DNA of 63,937 nucleotides, filler included, from Saprolegnia diclina VS20 (Eukaryota): NCBI RefSeq assembly GCF_000281045.1. It is 13 parts of 9 records of this genome, joined end to end, with 100 filler letters (N's around TTAATTAATTAA, not from the genome) between each part and the next. Parts side by side here need not be neighbours in the genome. Positions count along the whole stretch, not along the records: positions 41,475 to 53,140 come from NW_008246253.1; positions 53,241 to 58,987 come from NW_008246254.1; positions 59,088 to 60,825 come from NW_008246255.1; 10 more parts are not named here. One strand, 5' to 3'. Shown piece by piece: positions 48,362 to 60,153 of this stretch (position 1 is its first letter; each line of letters starts with the position of its first letter). The notes under the pieces were generated by a model. It saw only the letters and a program-made list of their open reading frames with translations, ran no database searches and was not told where the DNA came from. The position numbers and the translations under genes were made by a program.

Positions 48362-50202
48362 TCACACGCGACCAAACAAGGTGGCAAACTGGTCAAACGA
48401 AATCCCAGCTGCGGTTGTCTTGGTCGCGCCATTGGCGGAGCTCGAAAAGAGAGGAAGCTGGCCAATGATGTCGCTGTTGTCGCGCTCCCGAGCAACGAGG
48501 TGCACCAAGTCGTCGTACGTCACGACATTGCGCATTTCGTGCATCGTCGCATCCACGTCGGCCTTGGACAAGACTACAATCAGAAAACGTCATGTACCGC
48601 GATCGAACATGACGCACCGCTGTCACGATCGGCATCAAAAATGTCAAACATTTCTCGAAGCTCAGCGACGGCCTCGGGCGGCAGCGTGGCTTGCACGCTG
48701 TGCTGCGCTTTCGAGAGTCGGCGCTGATGGATCTCTTGCTCGACCTATGAGGTTGTCATAACTAAAATACTTTATTTTGAAGGCTGGTCGTACCCAAACG
48801 TTGATGATGCGCACTTGGTAGGCTGTCAAGGACGGGAACATGGACACGAGGAGCTCGTTGAACGTAAGTCGTCCATTGTGGTCTAAATCCAGCGACCGAA
48901 ACCAGTCGCTGCCGTACTTGCGGAGCTTGGACGGCAAACTACGCCTCGGTGAGGGACGCCATGGGATGTCGCGCGCACTGGCTCAAGAATTCTTTCAAAT
49001 CGATTTCGTTGCTTTTGTCAGCGTCACAGCGTGAAAACGTTGTGTGCAGCTCCAGAATCTAGTCGACGCCTAGTCGACGACATTATAGACAAGTTGTGCA
49101 TTATTACCGTGTGCTTGGAGCAGATCATGTGAATGCGCGTCTCTTCATTGTGCATGGTACGCTTGGTGAGGCGGCGCATGGCCGTGCGCCGGGTCGTCGG
49201 CTTGCAGGGCGTCAACGGTGGCATAGGGCTCGTCACAGCCGTGGGCGCAGACGTGCGGGTCTCATCGACCTTGCTGAGCTTGGGCAGCTTGTGTCGGTCG
49301 CAACTACGCACGCACCACACTCTTAACGCTACGTAAAGGGGTGGATCGACGGACGGAAATATGGGAATTTCGGTCACGTGCTCGCTAAAGAGGTCCAAGC
49401 CCGAGTCGTCTGTCGAGTAGTCGTGAAAGTGACTTCGCAAGCGGCAAAAATGAGGGCAGTGCTGCAGGAGCTTGGTCACCGCGGCCGCGCTACCATCAGC
49501 ACACGCTCGCAAAATGTTCATGAACTACCATCCAGGTACGCACTCGATCGTCGCGTCGTACTCGAATTTGAGTTTGGAAAAGATCTTGTCGTACACACCG
49601 GCAGCGACCGCCTCGGACAACAAGGTTCCTACGCCCACCAAATATGTTGAAGCAAATCATCGGTCCTATCGTCTACCGCCCGTGAGCAGCGCGAGGCCAT
49701 TGAGAAGATCGTGCAAGAGTGTCAGGAGCTCGGCGCTCGAAATACGTGTGCACGGCGCAAGGTTGAAGAGACGCAAAGCGTGCTCGATCGTATCGAGCGT
49801 ACTGAGCTAGACCCAAGGCTCAAATTTGATGTTGCACATTGCGAGGTACGACCTTGGAGCAGAGGACGACGGCGAGGAAAGCTTGCTGCAATGTGGCGAC
49901 GTGCGTTTCGCCGACGCCGACGCTGAAGCGGCCGCTGACGCTCACTTGTGCAAACACGTGGAACGCGCCGTCGTCCTTGGGGCGGTCGAGACCAAAGATG
50001 GAGCAAAACTCATCGATCGTGCTGAACGAGCTGTGTTGACCCTAATGCGAACAACGCTCAGAGTCTGGCATGACAGTCGCATGGAAACCTTGTGAAAACG
50101 AAGTCGGAGCGCGTGGATCTGGCCGAGCGTCCACCCAACGAGTGGCAGCCCCGACGTCAGCACGTCGGGGCTGATGTACTTGGACCTAAGCAGAGATGAC
50201 AT
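48362..50202 (-). CDS. Probable multi-exon EF-hand protein (structure uncertain)
   Basis: FRSLDLDHNGRLTFNELL and EMFDIFDADRDS motifs on - strand; short GT-AG introns. Confidence 0.5.
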
Positions 50203-50396
50203 AGGCGCTGGGTATCTATATTACAGCGAGCGCGTACAGGCGGGCGATGCGCAGCGCCTCGCTTTGCATGGAAATGACCGCAATGTTGCCCATGGCTGGC
50301 CGCGTGCAATGCACTCCCAGAACCGTTTTCCTATTTTGAGCCGAGTCCCTGCCAACATAGTAGTTTGTTGTACAAACATTCGATTGATTAAGAACA

Positions 50397-51650
50397 TCAG
50401 CTCGTGCTCATGTTGTCGTCGACTTTGTGCTTCCAGATAAAGCCGAGGGCGTCGAGTTCGGCGCGGCGATTCGGGGGACAAATGTCTTCGCGTTCGCGGA
50501 GGTTGGTGACAATGTACCCGAGCTTTGTGCCCCAAAACTCTGTCGGCCAGCGCGCGTCATTGGACGGCACCATGTACGAGTAGCGCACGGCCACATCGCC
50601 GTGAATTTCCTTGTATTTTGTGAGCACTTGGATCCGGAAATTCCAATTTTCTTCGTAAAAGTGCCACACAAAGCCCATAGCATCGAGCTCGGCCTCGCGC
50701 TCGGGCGGGCAAATGGCGCGGCTCTGCCGGATCGTGTTGACGGTCGTGCCCAATCGGTGGTGCCACAGATCTTCGGGCCACACGCCCGGCTCGGTCGGCA
50801 CGACAAACGGCCCGGGCACGAGCACGTGGCCATAGAGCTCCTTGTAGCGCGTGAGCGCGGCCATGCGGATGCTCCACGTGTTTTCCGAGCAGTCCCAGAC
50901 AAAGCCCATGGCATCGAGCTGGAGTTTTCGCTCGGGGGGGCACCCCTGGCGGTTTTGGCGAATGGTGACGACGGCGACACCGAGGCGGTTCCCGCCCATC
51001 TCTTTGGGCCAATTAGGATCGTTTTCAGGAATGACAAACGAATGAGGCACGAGGACGTCGCCGTGGAGCTCCTTGTATCTGGTGAGCGCGGCCATGCGCG
51101 CGTTCCAGAGGTCGTCGTACCAGTCCCAGACAAACCCAATGGCATCAAGAGCAGTGCGGCGCGGTGCTGGGCAGTTGTCGCGGCCTTGCTTGCGCAGCCG
51201 CGCAACCACGAGTCCGAGCTTGAGGCCCCACGCGTCTTTGGGCCACTGCGGGTCCGTATCCGGCACGATAAAGTTGCGGACCACGAGCAAGTTGCCATGT
51301 AAATTCTTGTACGAGACGAGCGCCTCGAGGTTGCGCGACCAGAGGTACTCGTGCGGCGCCCACACAAATTTGAGGCGATTCAAAGCTGCGACGACGTCGT
51401 CCGGGATATGGCCGCGCATGAATTTGCGCCGCAGCTCCGAGACGTCGAGCGTGTACCCGTGCAAGCGCAGCGGAAAGGCGTCGTCGATGGGCACGCGGTA
51501 CTTGGAGGGCAGGTACGTGACGCTGGAGCGCGGCGCCTGGAGGTCGTGTTCGATGCGCACGATCTCGAGCATGTTGCGGTACGCGGGCGGGAAGCTGCTG
51601 CTGCTGCTGCGCCAGCGCTGCGTGAGGACCCGGGCGCGCGCCAGAAACAT
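50397..51650 (-). CDS. Helicase-associated (HA) domain repeat protein, four full repeats plus one degenerate
   Basis: ~78-aa units ALxxYKELHGxxxVP..F.VP...WP....G..LG..V..IR...LDAMGFVW; Arg/Ser-rich N-terminus. Confidence 0.85.
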   Translation of the reverse strand: MFLARARVLTQRWRSSSSSFPPAYRNMLEIVRIEHDLQAPRSSVTYLPSKYRVPIDDAFPLRLHGYTLDVSELRRKFMRGHIPDDVVAALNRLKFVWAPHEYLWSRNLEALVSYKNLHGNLLVVRNFIVPDTDPQWPKDAWGLKLGLVVARLRKQGRDNCPAPRRTALDAIGFVWDWYDDLWNARMAALTRYKELHGDVLVPHSFVIPENDPNWPKEMGGNRLGVAVVTIRQNRQGCPPERKLQLDAMGFVWDCSENTWSIRMAALTRYKELYGHVLVPGPFVVPTEPGVWPEDLWHHRLGTTVNTIRQSRAICPPEREAELDAMGFVWHFYEENWNFRIQVLTKYKEIHGDVAVRYSYMVPSNDARWPTEFWGTKLGYIVTNLREREDICPPNRRAELDALGFIWKHKVDDNMSTS

Positions 51651-51696
51651 GTCGACTCCCACGAACCGCGTTTGCAGCCAATCAGCGGCCTGGCGA

Positions 51697-51741
51697 TTCG
51701 AGAAAAACGGTATTTTCACGAAAAATACCGTTTTTCTCGAA
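51697..51741. repeat. Perfect 20-bp inverted repeat with 5-nt loop
   Basis: TTCGAGAAAAACGGTATTTT-cacga-AAAATACCGTTTTTCTCGAA. Confidence 0.9.
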
Positions 51742-51820
51742 CGGCGACGGTTGTCGGGCGTCTCGACGACGAGAATGCACTGGGACAGCCGCTTGGAGAT
51801 GCAAGATGAACATATTAGCG

Positions 51821-51880
<60 letters not shown>
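51821..51880 (+). repeat. (TCTA)n microsatellite, left part
   Basis: 15 perfect units. Confidence 0.97.
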
Positions 51881-52961
51881 AGGTAAAGTGGCGATTGACC
51901 GACCGATTTTTTGTCGAAAATGAGGCCTTACTTCAAAATGATATTTCTCGACAACCAATGCAGCTACGAGACATCTGAAGGCATCACAATAAAGAAGAAG
52001 GCTTGCTCTGTATTTTAGAGCCCTTGCCTTCGCGCCGTCGCGTGATTCCTGATTTGTGGGGAATTTAAAAGTCGACACTTAGAAAAAGCGTCAGAATTGG
52101 ATGTTTCTATTGACCGACCGATTGGCTTGTACTTTCTGTTTGTATGCATTCTAAAAAACTGTGAATTAAATCACGTTATTTTCCTACTTCAAGGCTGCTC
52201 GGCGTTTTTTGTGTGGAAGCGATGAGACGGCAATTAAAATACGATTATTTTTAATAGCACAGCGCATATTAATACTGTCGTATTATAATAAATACTCCTT
52301 GGACTTCGTCACAGACTTCATTTTCTTCAGCGCCGCGCGGCCGCAATGTCCAGGTCTCCCTCCACATTCGTGCCATGTCGAGTCCGTCGCGGTGCGCTGG
52401 CGCTGGCGCTCAAGTACCCTCGGTGCCGAAGGTTTGAGAGGTAGAACAAACACCGCGGTACGGGCGAGCTCATGTACCTTGATCCATTCACGCCTCGGTG
52501 CCGAGGGTCGACCGCGCGCCGTTGACCGCCTGCTCCTCCACAACAACGATATCGCCCGTTTGCTTCATCATCTTGCTAGTAGCGCTTGAGCTGGGAGAGG
52601 CTCAAGGGTGAGCTGCGCTCTATTGTGGCAATCTTCTTGCTGCCGACGAGGTGACGGTCAACCGTGAAACGTGTGTGAAGCATGTTGAGCAATGAGGCTG
52701 ACGGCGGCCCTCCGTCAGCTCGCGCGACCCATCCTGTTCCTGCTCGTGCTCCCAACTTCAACCGGGAAATTATTATTCTGACCGTACAATATTATTGCAA
52801 AAAAATGCACTGCGGGGTCCATTTGGAGGCTCTTTTTTTATTTCAATCATCATTATTATTGTAGCCAATGAAAAACGGCGTCTCCAATTTCCAACGTTTT
52901 AATTGGCCAAAAGTCGAAATCGGTCGGTCATTAGAAACGGTCGGTCAATCGCCACTTTACC

Positions 52962-52962
<1 letters not shown>
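51881..52962. mobile_element. Non-autonomous TIR DNA transposon (1082 bp; TA-flanked, possibly Tc1/mariner-related)
   Basis: Perfect 25-bp TIR AGGTAAAGTGGCGATTGACCGACCG at both ends; internal copies of TGACCGACCGATT (~52111 and inverted ~52918); degenerate SLSQLKRY..KMMKQTG..RGRP remnant on -. Confidence 0.82.
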
Positions 52963-52995
<33 letters not shown>

Positions 52996-52996
52996 G

Positions 52997-53087
<91 letters not shown>
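52963..53087 (+). repeat. (TATC)n microsatellite, right part
   Basis: ~31 units with one variant. Confidence 0.97.
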
Positions 53088-53088
<1 letters not shown>

Positions 53089-53415
53089 GCTAGCTAGCTA
53101 GCTCGTGGTAAGCTTGATGGCGTCCAGTAGCGAGGTACGTNNNNNNNNNNNNNNNNNNNNNNNNNNNNNNNNNNNNNNNNNNNNTTAATTAATTAANNNN
53201 NNNNNNNNNNNNNNNNNNNNNNNNNNNNNNNNNNNNNNNNTGCCAGGTGCGCCTTTCACACGATGAGGTGCGCTTTGTGTACGCCCAAAGATTTTTCCGT
53301 TTCATCTGGCATTTTATCCGGCTGCCGGATACCCCTTCGCGCCTCGATGCCCGCGTGTGATTGGTGGAAATTTCATTTTCGAATCGGCCAGTCGGAGGCA
53401 AGAACAAGGCAGGCG

Positions 53416-55070
53416 ATGGAGACGGCAAGCAAGACATCCGAAGAGACCAACGTGAACATGGAGTCGACGCAGGAAGAGCATGCGCCGGAAGCGTCCCAGG
53501 ACGAAGAAGCGTCGAAGGCGAAGAAGCACGCTTCCGCCAAGCCCAAGGTCGACGACGAGATCCCCGGCGAGCGCCGGAGCGAACGCTCGCGCAAGCCAGT
53601 GGCAGTCTTCTCGCTCGCGACCGAGAACAAGGCCGAGGAAGCTTTCGTGGTCCCGGTTGGCCCTGGCACAAAGCTCCGCGATATCCCGTACCTCGCCGAG
53701 AAGGTCCGCGCAAAGATGGGGATGAGGACTCGGTACGATTGGATGATAGGTGGCCAAGTGCACGAAGAAGGACAGCGAGCTCCTCACCAAGCTCTACCAA
53801 GTCATGCACTCGCGTCGCTACTCGGCGGCGATCGTACGCCTGCGGTCCGCGTTGCTGCCATCTTATCCCGCGATTGTCGTAGATCAAGGACGTCAAGGAG
53901 CATATCCTCGACTTTAGTGGGTACCCCAAGTTCAAGGACGACGCTGTAAGCAACTGCACGATCCTTCCATAGCCAGTGCAATCTCATGCGCTGTCGTAGG
54001 CCCGGGAAGCATTCCGTGACGAGCTCGCGATCAAGCTTTGCCGCGGGACCATGGGCTTTATCCATCACATGATGGATTTCCTGCACGTACGGTTCCGTCC
54101 GCTGGGACTGCATCGGGCTCAAGGCACCGTAGATTGAGCGGTCGCCCAAGTCCTTCAAGGAGAAGAACTTGCTGCCGATCAAGGACGAGCTCGTGAACCG
54201 CATGATGGATTGGCTCGAAGCGCCCTTCGCTGTTGAACTCGTACACACAGCATCAAGCCCTCGTCGTCTCATCTCATGACGCGTAGAAGAAATCTGCAGC
54301 CACGACGCCAAAGTCCAAGAAGAAGGTTAGCGCGACCACTGCAGGCACGGACTGACATCCCACGGTGCTATAGAAGGCGACGTCGGCCAAGTCGNNNNNN
54401 NNNNNNNNNNNNNNNNNNNNNNNNNNNNNNNNNNNNNNNNNNNNNNNNNNNNNNNNNNNNNNNNNNNNNNNNNNNNNNNNNNNNNNNNNNNNNNGACGAC
54501 GACGAAGCCATCTCCCACTCGGTCCCAAAGAAGAAGACGGCCACAAAGCGCAAGGTTGCTCATACCTGCGTGCATTCCATCTCGCTCATCGCTCTATCCT
54601 AGGCACCGACCAAGACGACCAAGGCCAAGGGCGAGCCAGCTCCCAAGAAGAAGCGTGTGACCAAGAAGGTGCGTCCTATGACGCCTCCCGTTATCTCAGC
54701 GGAAACGCACGTAGACGCCCCAAGAGGACGAAGCCGAGACAGAGAGCGACGCGGATGATTTCGAAGAGATGGCGCGGAAAGCAGAGGAGACGATGCCGTC
54801 GGAAGCGACGGAATCGCCCAAGTCGTCGCCGTCATCAGAAAAGGCCGTCCCGTCCCTGTCGTCCCTGTCGCAGGACTTGAAAGACCGGGTCAAGAAGATC
54901 ATGGACGACGGCGACGTCGAGAAGCTGACGCTCAAGGCCGTACGTCCCTCTGTTGCGAGTAGCCAAAGCCGACGGATCTGTAGGTGATGGAAACCTTGAC
55001 GCACGACTTGGAGAAGGACGTGTCGATGCACAAGCGGGCGATCAAGGAGTTCATTTCCGAGAATTTGTAG
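53416..55070 (+). CDS. DEK-like chromatin protein (multi-exon, internal gap)
   Basis: GPGTKLRDIP, VKEHILDFSG and KDELVNRMMDWLEAP; C-terminal DEK_C-like LKDRVKKIMDDGDVEKLTLK|VMETL...KRAIKEFI. Confidence 0.8.
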
Positions 55071-55129
55071 TCGTGGCATCCAATTTAAGTGCGTTCTGGC
55101 AACCAATCACTACATCAAAAGTCGCTCTA

Positions 55130-55711
55130 TTAGTCGCCGCTGGCGAGCACCAGCTTTCCTGCGGCTGCGTCGTACACCATCCAGCCGGACGGTCGCTCGA
55201 CCGTCGCATGCTCGAATTTGGCCTTTTGCGCGAGGAGGGCTTGAAAGGCCCTTTCGGACTTGCGCTTCTGGGACGCCTCGTGGTCCTTGATCGTGCGCAA
55301 AGCCTTCTTTTGTCGCGGCTTGCACGTGGTCGTGGTCGTCGCTGCTGGCGCGCGTGGTCGTTCGACGCTACTTGGCTCGATGGGCTCGAGCTCGGGCACG
55401 TCCGCATCGTCGACCGTGTCGACGCTCACAGTGCTCCAGCTGCCAGACAAGTAGCGGCTCCAGACCCAATACGCGAGCAGCAGTAGGCCTGGCAACCATA
55501 GCACCCAGTGTTTCGCGAGCTGCGAGCCAAAGAGCGACCAGTAGCCAAAGCGCAGACGGCCGAGCACGCGCCGGCTGTTGCCTCTAGCCGCCAGCGCCTC
55601 GTACTGGTAGAAGGCAGCGAGCCACGCCTCTTGGCAGGCCTTGGCGACCATGGCAGCGCCGATCGCAACGTAGACATGGAGGTACGCGTCCATGGCCGAC
55701 CACCAGCCCAT
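55130..55711 (-). CDS. Hypothetical membrane protein
   Basis: Coding-like ORF with two hydrophobic segments and C-terminal RPSGWMVYD motif. Confidence 0.55.
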   Translation of the reverse strand: MGWWSAMDAYLHVYVAIGAAMVAKACQEAWLAAFYQYEALAARGNSRRVLGRLRFGYWSLFGSQLAKHWVLWLPGLLLLAYWVWSRYLSGSWSTVSVDTVDDADVPELEPIEPSSVERPRAPAATTTTTCKPRQKKALRTIKDHEASQKRKSERAFQALLAQKAKFEHATVERPSGWMVYDAAAGKLVLASGD

Positions 55712-55975
55712 ACTATCGCTCGTTACTCGTGGCGTACAAATCCGGATACCATGGCGGCCACGTGGAGGCGGTATCCGGTAAGCGACCTCGCCACGATCGG
55801 CCACGCCCGAGATGACAAGCATCCAGCAGACGATCTGTCCACGCTCATAGAGAATACGAGTAGGTCGTCGATACGACTCAATAGTACTCTAGTAGAGAGA
55901 GCCTATTACTCGTACAAGGTGCTTTGCTCTGACGTGGCGCTATAATTAGCCGAGCAGCGACTAGACAGGCGGGAC

Positions 55976-57240
55976 ATGCACTGCGGGAAGGTCAAGTACG
56001 AGTACTCGCCCGCGACGGACAGCGTCGTCGTCCTTGAGAACCGTCGTCGAGGCTCTCGACACCAGCTTCCGCCAGCGCAAGCAGAGCATGACGCCATAAA
56101 GCGTCTCCTGGTGGCGGAGCACTTCGTAGCTGAGAGGGCGCTAATCTCCAGCTTCGTATAATAGATACCTCGGCCTCCCAAACGCGGACTGTACAACCCG
56201 ATGGTACAACATCCGGCTGCAAGGAATCAAACAGCTTCGGGCGACTCGTGTATCGAGACGCGACGACGGCCGCTGCACCGACGCCGGCCCCTCCACAACG
56301 TTGGGGCCTCCACGCCTCTCGACGAGCCGTCGCCCGACGTACCAATCGAGAATGCTGCCAAAGGGCTCGCGTGGAGCTGCCACCAGTGGCTTCAAACGCA
56401 CGGCAAGGCAAGCAGCATGAAGGAAGAACGCGAAAAGATGGTGCTCATGCGCCGATGGTTTGAGTTTCTCGACTCGGACGGGTCAGGTGAGATCGGCATC
56501 GACGAGCTCGAGGACCCGCTCGTCTCGGTGGGGTTGGCCAAGTGCCGCAGTGTACACCCTCTTTTCCTTCCCAATGGCGTGTCATGAAATGCAGGACGTG
56601 CGCAAGCTCATCCAAACGGTCGACGATTCGGAAGATGGGGAAGTCAACTTTGCAGAGTTCCTCGCCATGATGCACGGCCAGAAGCAGACAAAGGAGCGCA
56701 CGCAGTATAGGCTGAGCGACCCCAAGCGCCAGCCCGAGGTCGCATTACGGCCGCAAACGGAGCGCGGCCACCGCCCAACGCCGACCACATGCGACAACTC
56801 TGTCCTTACGCTCTTCAACGGTACACCGCCCCGTCCTACCAAGTACTTCTTCTCACGCAATGATAGACCTCCAAGCGGGGAAGCTGGGCGACTTGACCTT
56901 GCCGTTCCCGATACTAATCACTGCATACCGGCGGCGAATGCTCCTCAATGCCCATATGGCCCCCGACGTTTTAGAGCGGAGCAAAGGGCAGTCGGTGCTC
57001 TCGGCGCTCGAAACAACACGCCGGGATGCACTGGCGGCCGAGTCGGCCCGCGACACCAAGGTCCGGGAAACGCCAATGCGGAGCCTCGTGGACCGCGCTG
57101 GCGTGCTGCATCGCCAAGACGTCGAGGCCCGGCGGTCGTCGCTCCGTCGTGCGTCCACGGACCTCGACGACGAGATTGTACAAGAAATTGCGAAACCCAA
57201 GCCCAAGCTGGGGCTATTTCTGCCCGACCTCTTCAATTAA
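55976..57240 (+). CDS. EF-hand protein (multi-exon)
   Basis: WFEFLDSDGSGEIGIDELEDPL and VDDSEDGEVNFAEFL. Confidence 0.8.
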
Positions 57241-57252
57241 TCCATGAGTAAA

Positions 57253-58473
57253 CTAGAGCCACTCGGTTGGCGCGCGCTGGAGCTTTGGCGAGCTCAGACT
57301 GGCGCGAAGCGTATCGAGCGGCCGTGTGTGCGACGAAGGTGTCGGGTGGACTTGGACTTGGAGCACGCGCAAGATCGCGTCCCGATCCTGCACTTGGCCT
57401 TTGAGCTCTTTAATGCGCTGGAGCTGCGCCTCAGACGACGCCATGAGCGATGTCTTCGCGTCTTTGAGCGTCTCGGTTTCGAGCACGAGCTGGCGCACAC
57501 GCGCTGCCACGTCATTGCAAAAGATCGCAACCTGCGCGGCGAGGGATTTCTCGTGGCAGCCGCGCGTGCGCAGGAGCAGCGTGTGCTGGCGTAGCGTGGT
57601 TTGGATCGACTGCAGCGCGAGGTTCTTCTCGTTGAGCTGCGTGACAATGTCGGTCGCGACTGCGGCTTCCAGCACCCGGAGCCGCGATGTGGCCGCCGTG
57701 AGCGCCGCTTCCATGGGGCTGAGCACGTCGAGCCGAGCGCGCTGCGAGTCGAGCTTCTCCTTGAGTGACTGGATCGCATCGCGGTGGGCTGCCGTCATGA
57801 GCGCGTGCTCGGTGGCTTGGTGCTCGATGACGTGGCGGAGCGACGCGGCGACTTGTTCGTGGCAAGCGACCTCCTCCCGTGCGCTCAAAAGTTCCTGCGC
57901 CGTTCGCTGCGCCACGCGCTGCCAGTGGTCTGCGTCGACTCTCGCCTCGTGCATTGCCTCGCGGTCGAGGATCGGGGCCCGCGTCAGCGACTGCGCGCGT
58001 CGGTGTTGGTAGCCACTTGGGGGGGGCGCTGGCGACGTTGCTTGCACCGTTGCTTGGAGCGCAGCAAAGAAAGGTGAGGTCAGCGGCCCTTGGTCGTCGG
58101 CCATGGACTGCGTTCGGTGCAGCGTTTTCATTTCGAGCTGCATGTGGACGTCGAGGAGCTCCATTTCATAAACCTGCGCGGCTTCCTCGAGGCGCGCGAT
58201 GGACGCTTCTTGCGCGTGTATGACGACTTGAGATGCTGCCATTTGGTCGCTCAGCGCTTGGACCTCTTCTTGAAGCAACGCCGACGAGAGATCGACGGGC
58301 TCGGTTGCCACCACGAGGGGCGGTTGGTCGAGCAGCTTGAGCTCTGCTGTCGTGAGCGCATCTTTCAGCGACCGGTTCTCGTTGGCGAGCTTGAGGTACG
58401 CGGCTTCGAGCACTTCGAACGCAAATGCGCTCTTCTCGAGCCGGTCGTGCAGCGCTTGGGGCGAGTCGGCCAT
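57253..58473 (-). CDS. Coiled-coil hypothetical protein
   Basis: Long intronless heptad-rich ORF from MADSPQALHDRLEK. Confidence 0.65.
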   Translation of the reverse strand: MADSPQALHDRLEKSAFAFEVLEAAYLKLANENRSLKDALTTAELKLLDQPPLVVATEPVDLSSALLQEEVQALSDQMAASQVVIHAQEASIARLEEAAQVYEMELLDVHMQLEMKTLHRTQSMADDQGPLTSPFFAALQATVQATSPAPPPSGYQHRRAQSLTRAPILDREAMHEARVDADHWQRVAQRTAQELLSAREEVACHEQVAASLRHVIEHQATEHALMTAAHRDAIQSLKEKLDSQRARLDVLSPMEAALTAATSRLRVLEAAVATDIVTQLNEKNLALQSIQTTLRQHTLLLRTRGCHEKSLAAQVAIFCNDVAARVRQLVLETETLKDAKTSLMASSEAQLQRIKELKGQVQDRDAILRVLQVQVHPTPSSHTRPLDTLRASLSSPKLQRAPTEWL

Positions 58474-58744
58474 GCTGCGTCCAAGCCAAAACTGACCGAC
58501 GCTCGACGGCAGTTGATAGCGTTTCACCGTCAAATTCGAAGCGCTGCGTCCACACCAAGTGGAAATATACAGGTGACGCAAGGTTGAAAGCTGTCAGCAG
58601 GGTTTGCATCGAGCATGAGTCAGCGCGACGACGCTAGGGACAAGTAATAAAACGGGGCCGACAAACACCAACGTGCAGACGATCGCATTGAGTTGAGGTG
58701 AACAGATGCTAGATTATTGTAGTGTACAATGGAAAAATATAGTC

Positions 58745-58987
58745 TTAAGCGTGGCGCTGGCGAAACTCGACAAAGTCGCCGTTGCGCGTGATCGGGTTGA
58801 GTTTCAGATGGGCCATGTCGATGCGGTGCGACCGGAACGATGCACCTTCGTCACTGGACCGGTGGAAGAGCGCGGTGCGCTTCTCCTTGGCGAACGTCAC
58901 GTCCGGGCTGTTGGAGAGGTACCGGAGACCGGCAAAGGTCGACATGCCCGTCGCAAACGTGATGATGCCAATGATCGGGTACGTAGC
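58745..58987 (-). CDS. B12D/NDUFA4-like small mitochondrial membrane protein (5' in gap)
   Basis: YPIIGIITFATGMSTFAGLRYLSNSPDVTFAKEKR...EG..F..H follows the B12D pattern. Confidence 0.65.
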   Translation of the reverse strand, partial: ATYPIIGIITFATGMSTFAGLRYLSNSPDVTFAKEKRTALFHRSSDEGASFRSHRIDMAHLKLNPITRNGDFVEFRQRHA

Positions 58988-59087
58988 NNNNNNNNNNNNN
59001 NNNNNNNNNNNNNNNNNNNNNNNNNNNNNNNTTAATTAATTAANNNNNNNNNNNNNNNNNNNNNNNNNNNNNNNNNNNNNNNNNNNN

Positions 59088-59277
59088 ACACAAGCCGACG
59101 CACAAGCCGACGCACAAGCCCAAGCCGACGTCGCACACGGGTGGCGCCAACAAGCGCTGGGAGCAGTGCGGCGGCAAAGACTTTTCGGGCTCCACGCAGT
59201 GTCTCGATGGCGACAAGTGCCACAAGTACGACGCGTGGTACTCGCAGTGCATTCCTGCCAAGCCACACAGCAGCTAA
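59088..59277 (+). CDS. C-terminal CBM1 domain after KPTH linker (partial gene)
   Basis: [31 protein letters not shown]. Confidence 0.9.
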
Positions 59278-60153
59278 ATGAATTAATCTACAAACACCTA
59301 TATTTGTACCCTACACTAGTACTGAAATGCTTGCGCAGTTGGTACTGCAGCGCACAATCCATTGCAGCAACACGACGCAATGACCGAGTGGAGGTGGCGC
59401 GAGAGGAAGCGGTCGAGGGGCCGATGCCACGGGATACCAAGCTGCAAGATGACAAGTCAAGAGAACGCACAAGAGGAGGGCATAACTAGAATGGATTGCA
59501 AAGCTATGACACAGTTAGGAAGCAGTATGCTAGTACCCTGTCCTAGGAACACGCCTTCATCTTCTGGGTTATGTCAGGTCGGTCGTGACGAACAAGTGCT
59601 TGGAAGACGAAGGACAAACGATAGAGATGTAGAAAGCAGGCTGACGACAAAGAGGGAAAAGAGCTGCCTCTTGGCGAGATAGCCTGACGAACGGGTAGAA
59701 ATTCATGCTACAACGGGTTGCCGATCGCGATCTCTGGCTTTATGGACGTTTGGCTCTCTTGCCGAGATGCACTTGCATATATCAGCCAAGTTGAGGATCG
59801 GAGCAGATTTGTCTGTGGTTTGTGACGGTGTTCCATGGGTTGAGCCTGCAATCGTCCGGCCGCTTCGAGGCGCCTTTGAAGTTGTACACGCGTCCTGTAC
59901 CAAGTTGCTTCGGGTTGCGACACGAAGAGTGCTCAGGGGCGAAAATGGGCATATTGTGTGTTGCAAGTCGACACACGCTGCATCGCGGCTTGGCCGTGGG
60001 ACCAGAATGGGTCTGTTCCACGTCTCGTCCATCAAAGAGGAAGCGTAGTCCAAGACTAGGTGACCAAATCGATTCGCGGCGGTATCCAGTTGTCAACATG
60101 ATCGAAAACTCAATAGATAGTCGTGTTGACAAAGATATACGCATTGGGACGCT

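Noticed and set aside
52868..53101. ORFs with YLSIYLSI repeats
   Set aside because: Translation of the (TATC)n microsatellite
59703..60144. Short overlapping ORFs between CBM1 genes
   Set aside because: No recognisable protein features
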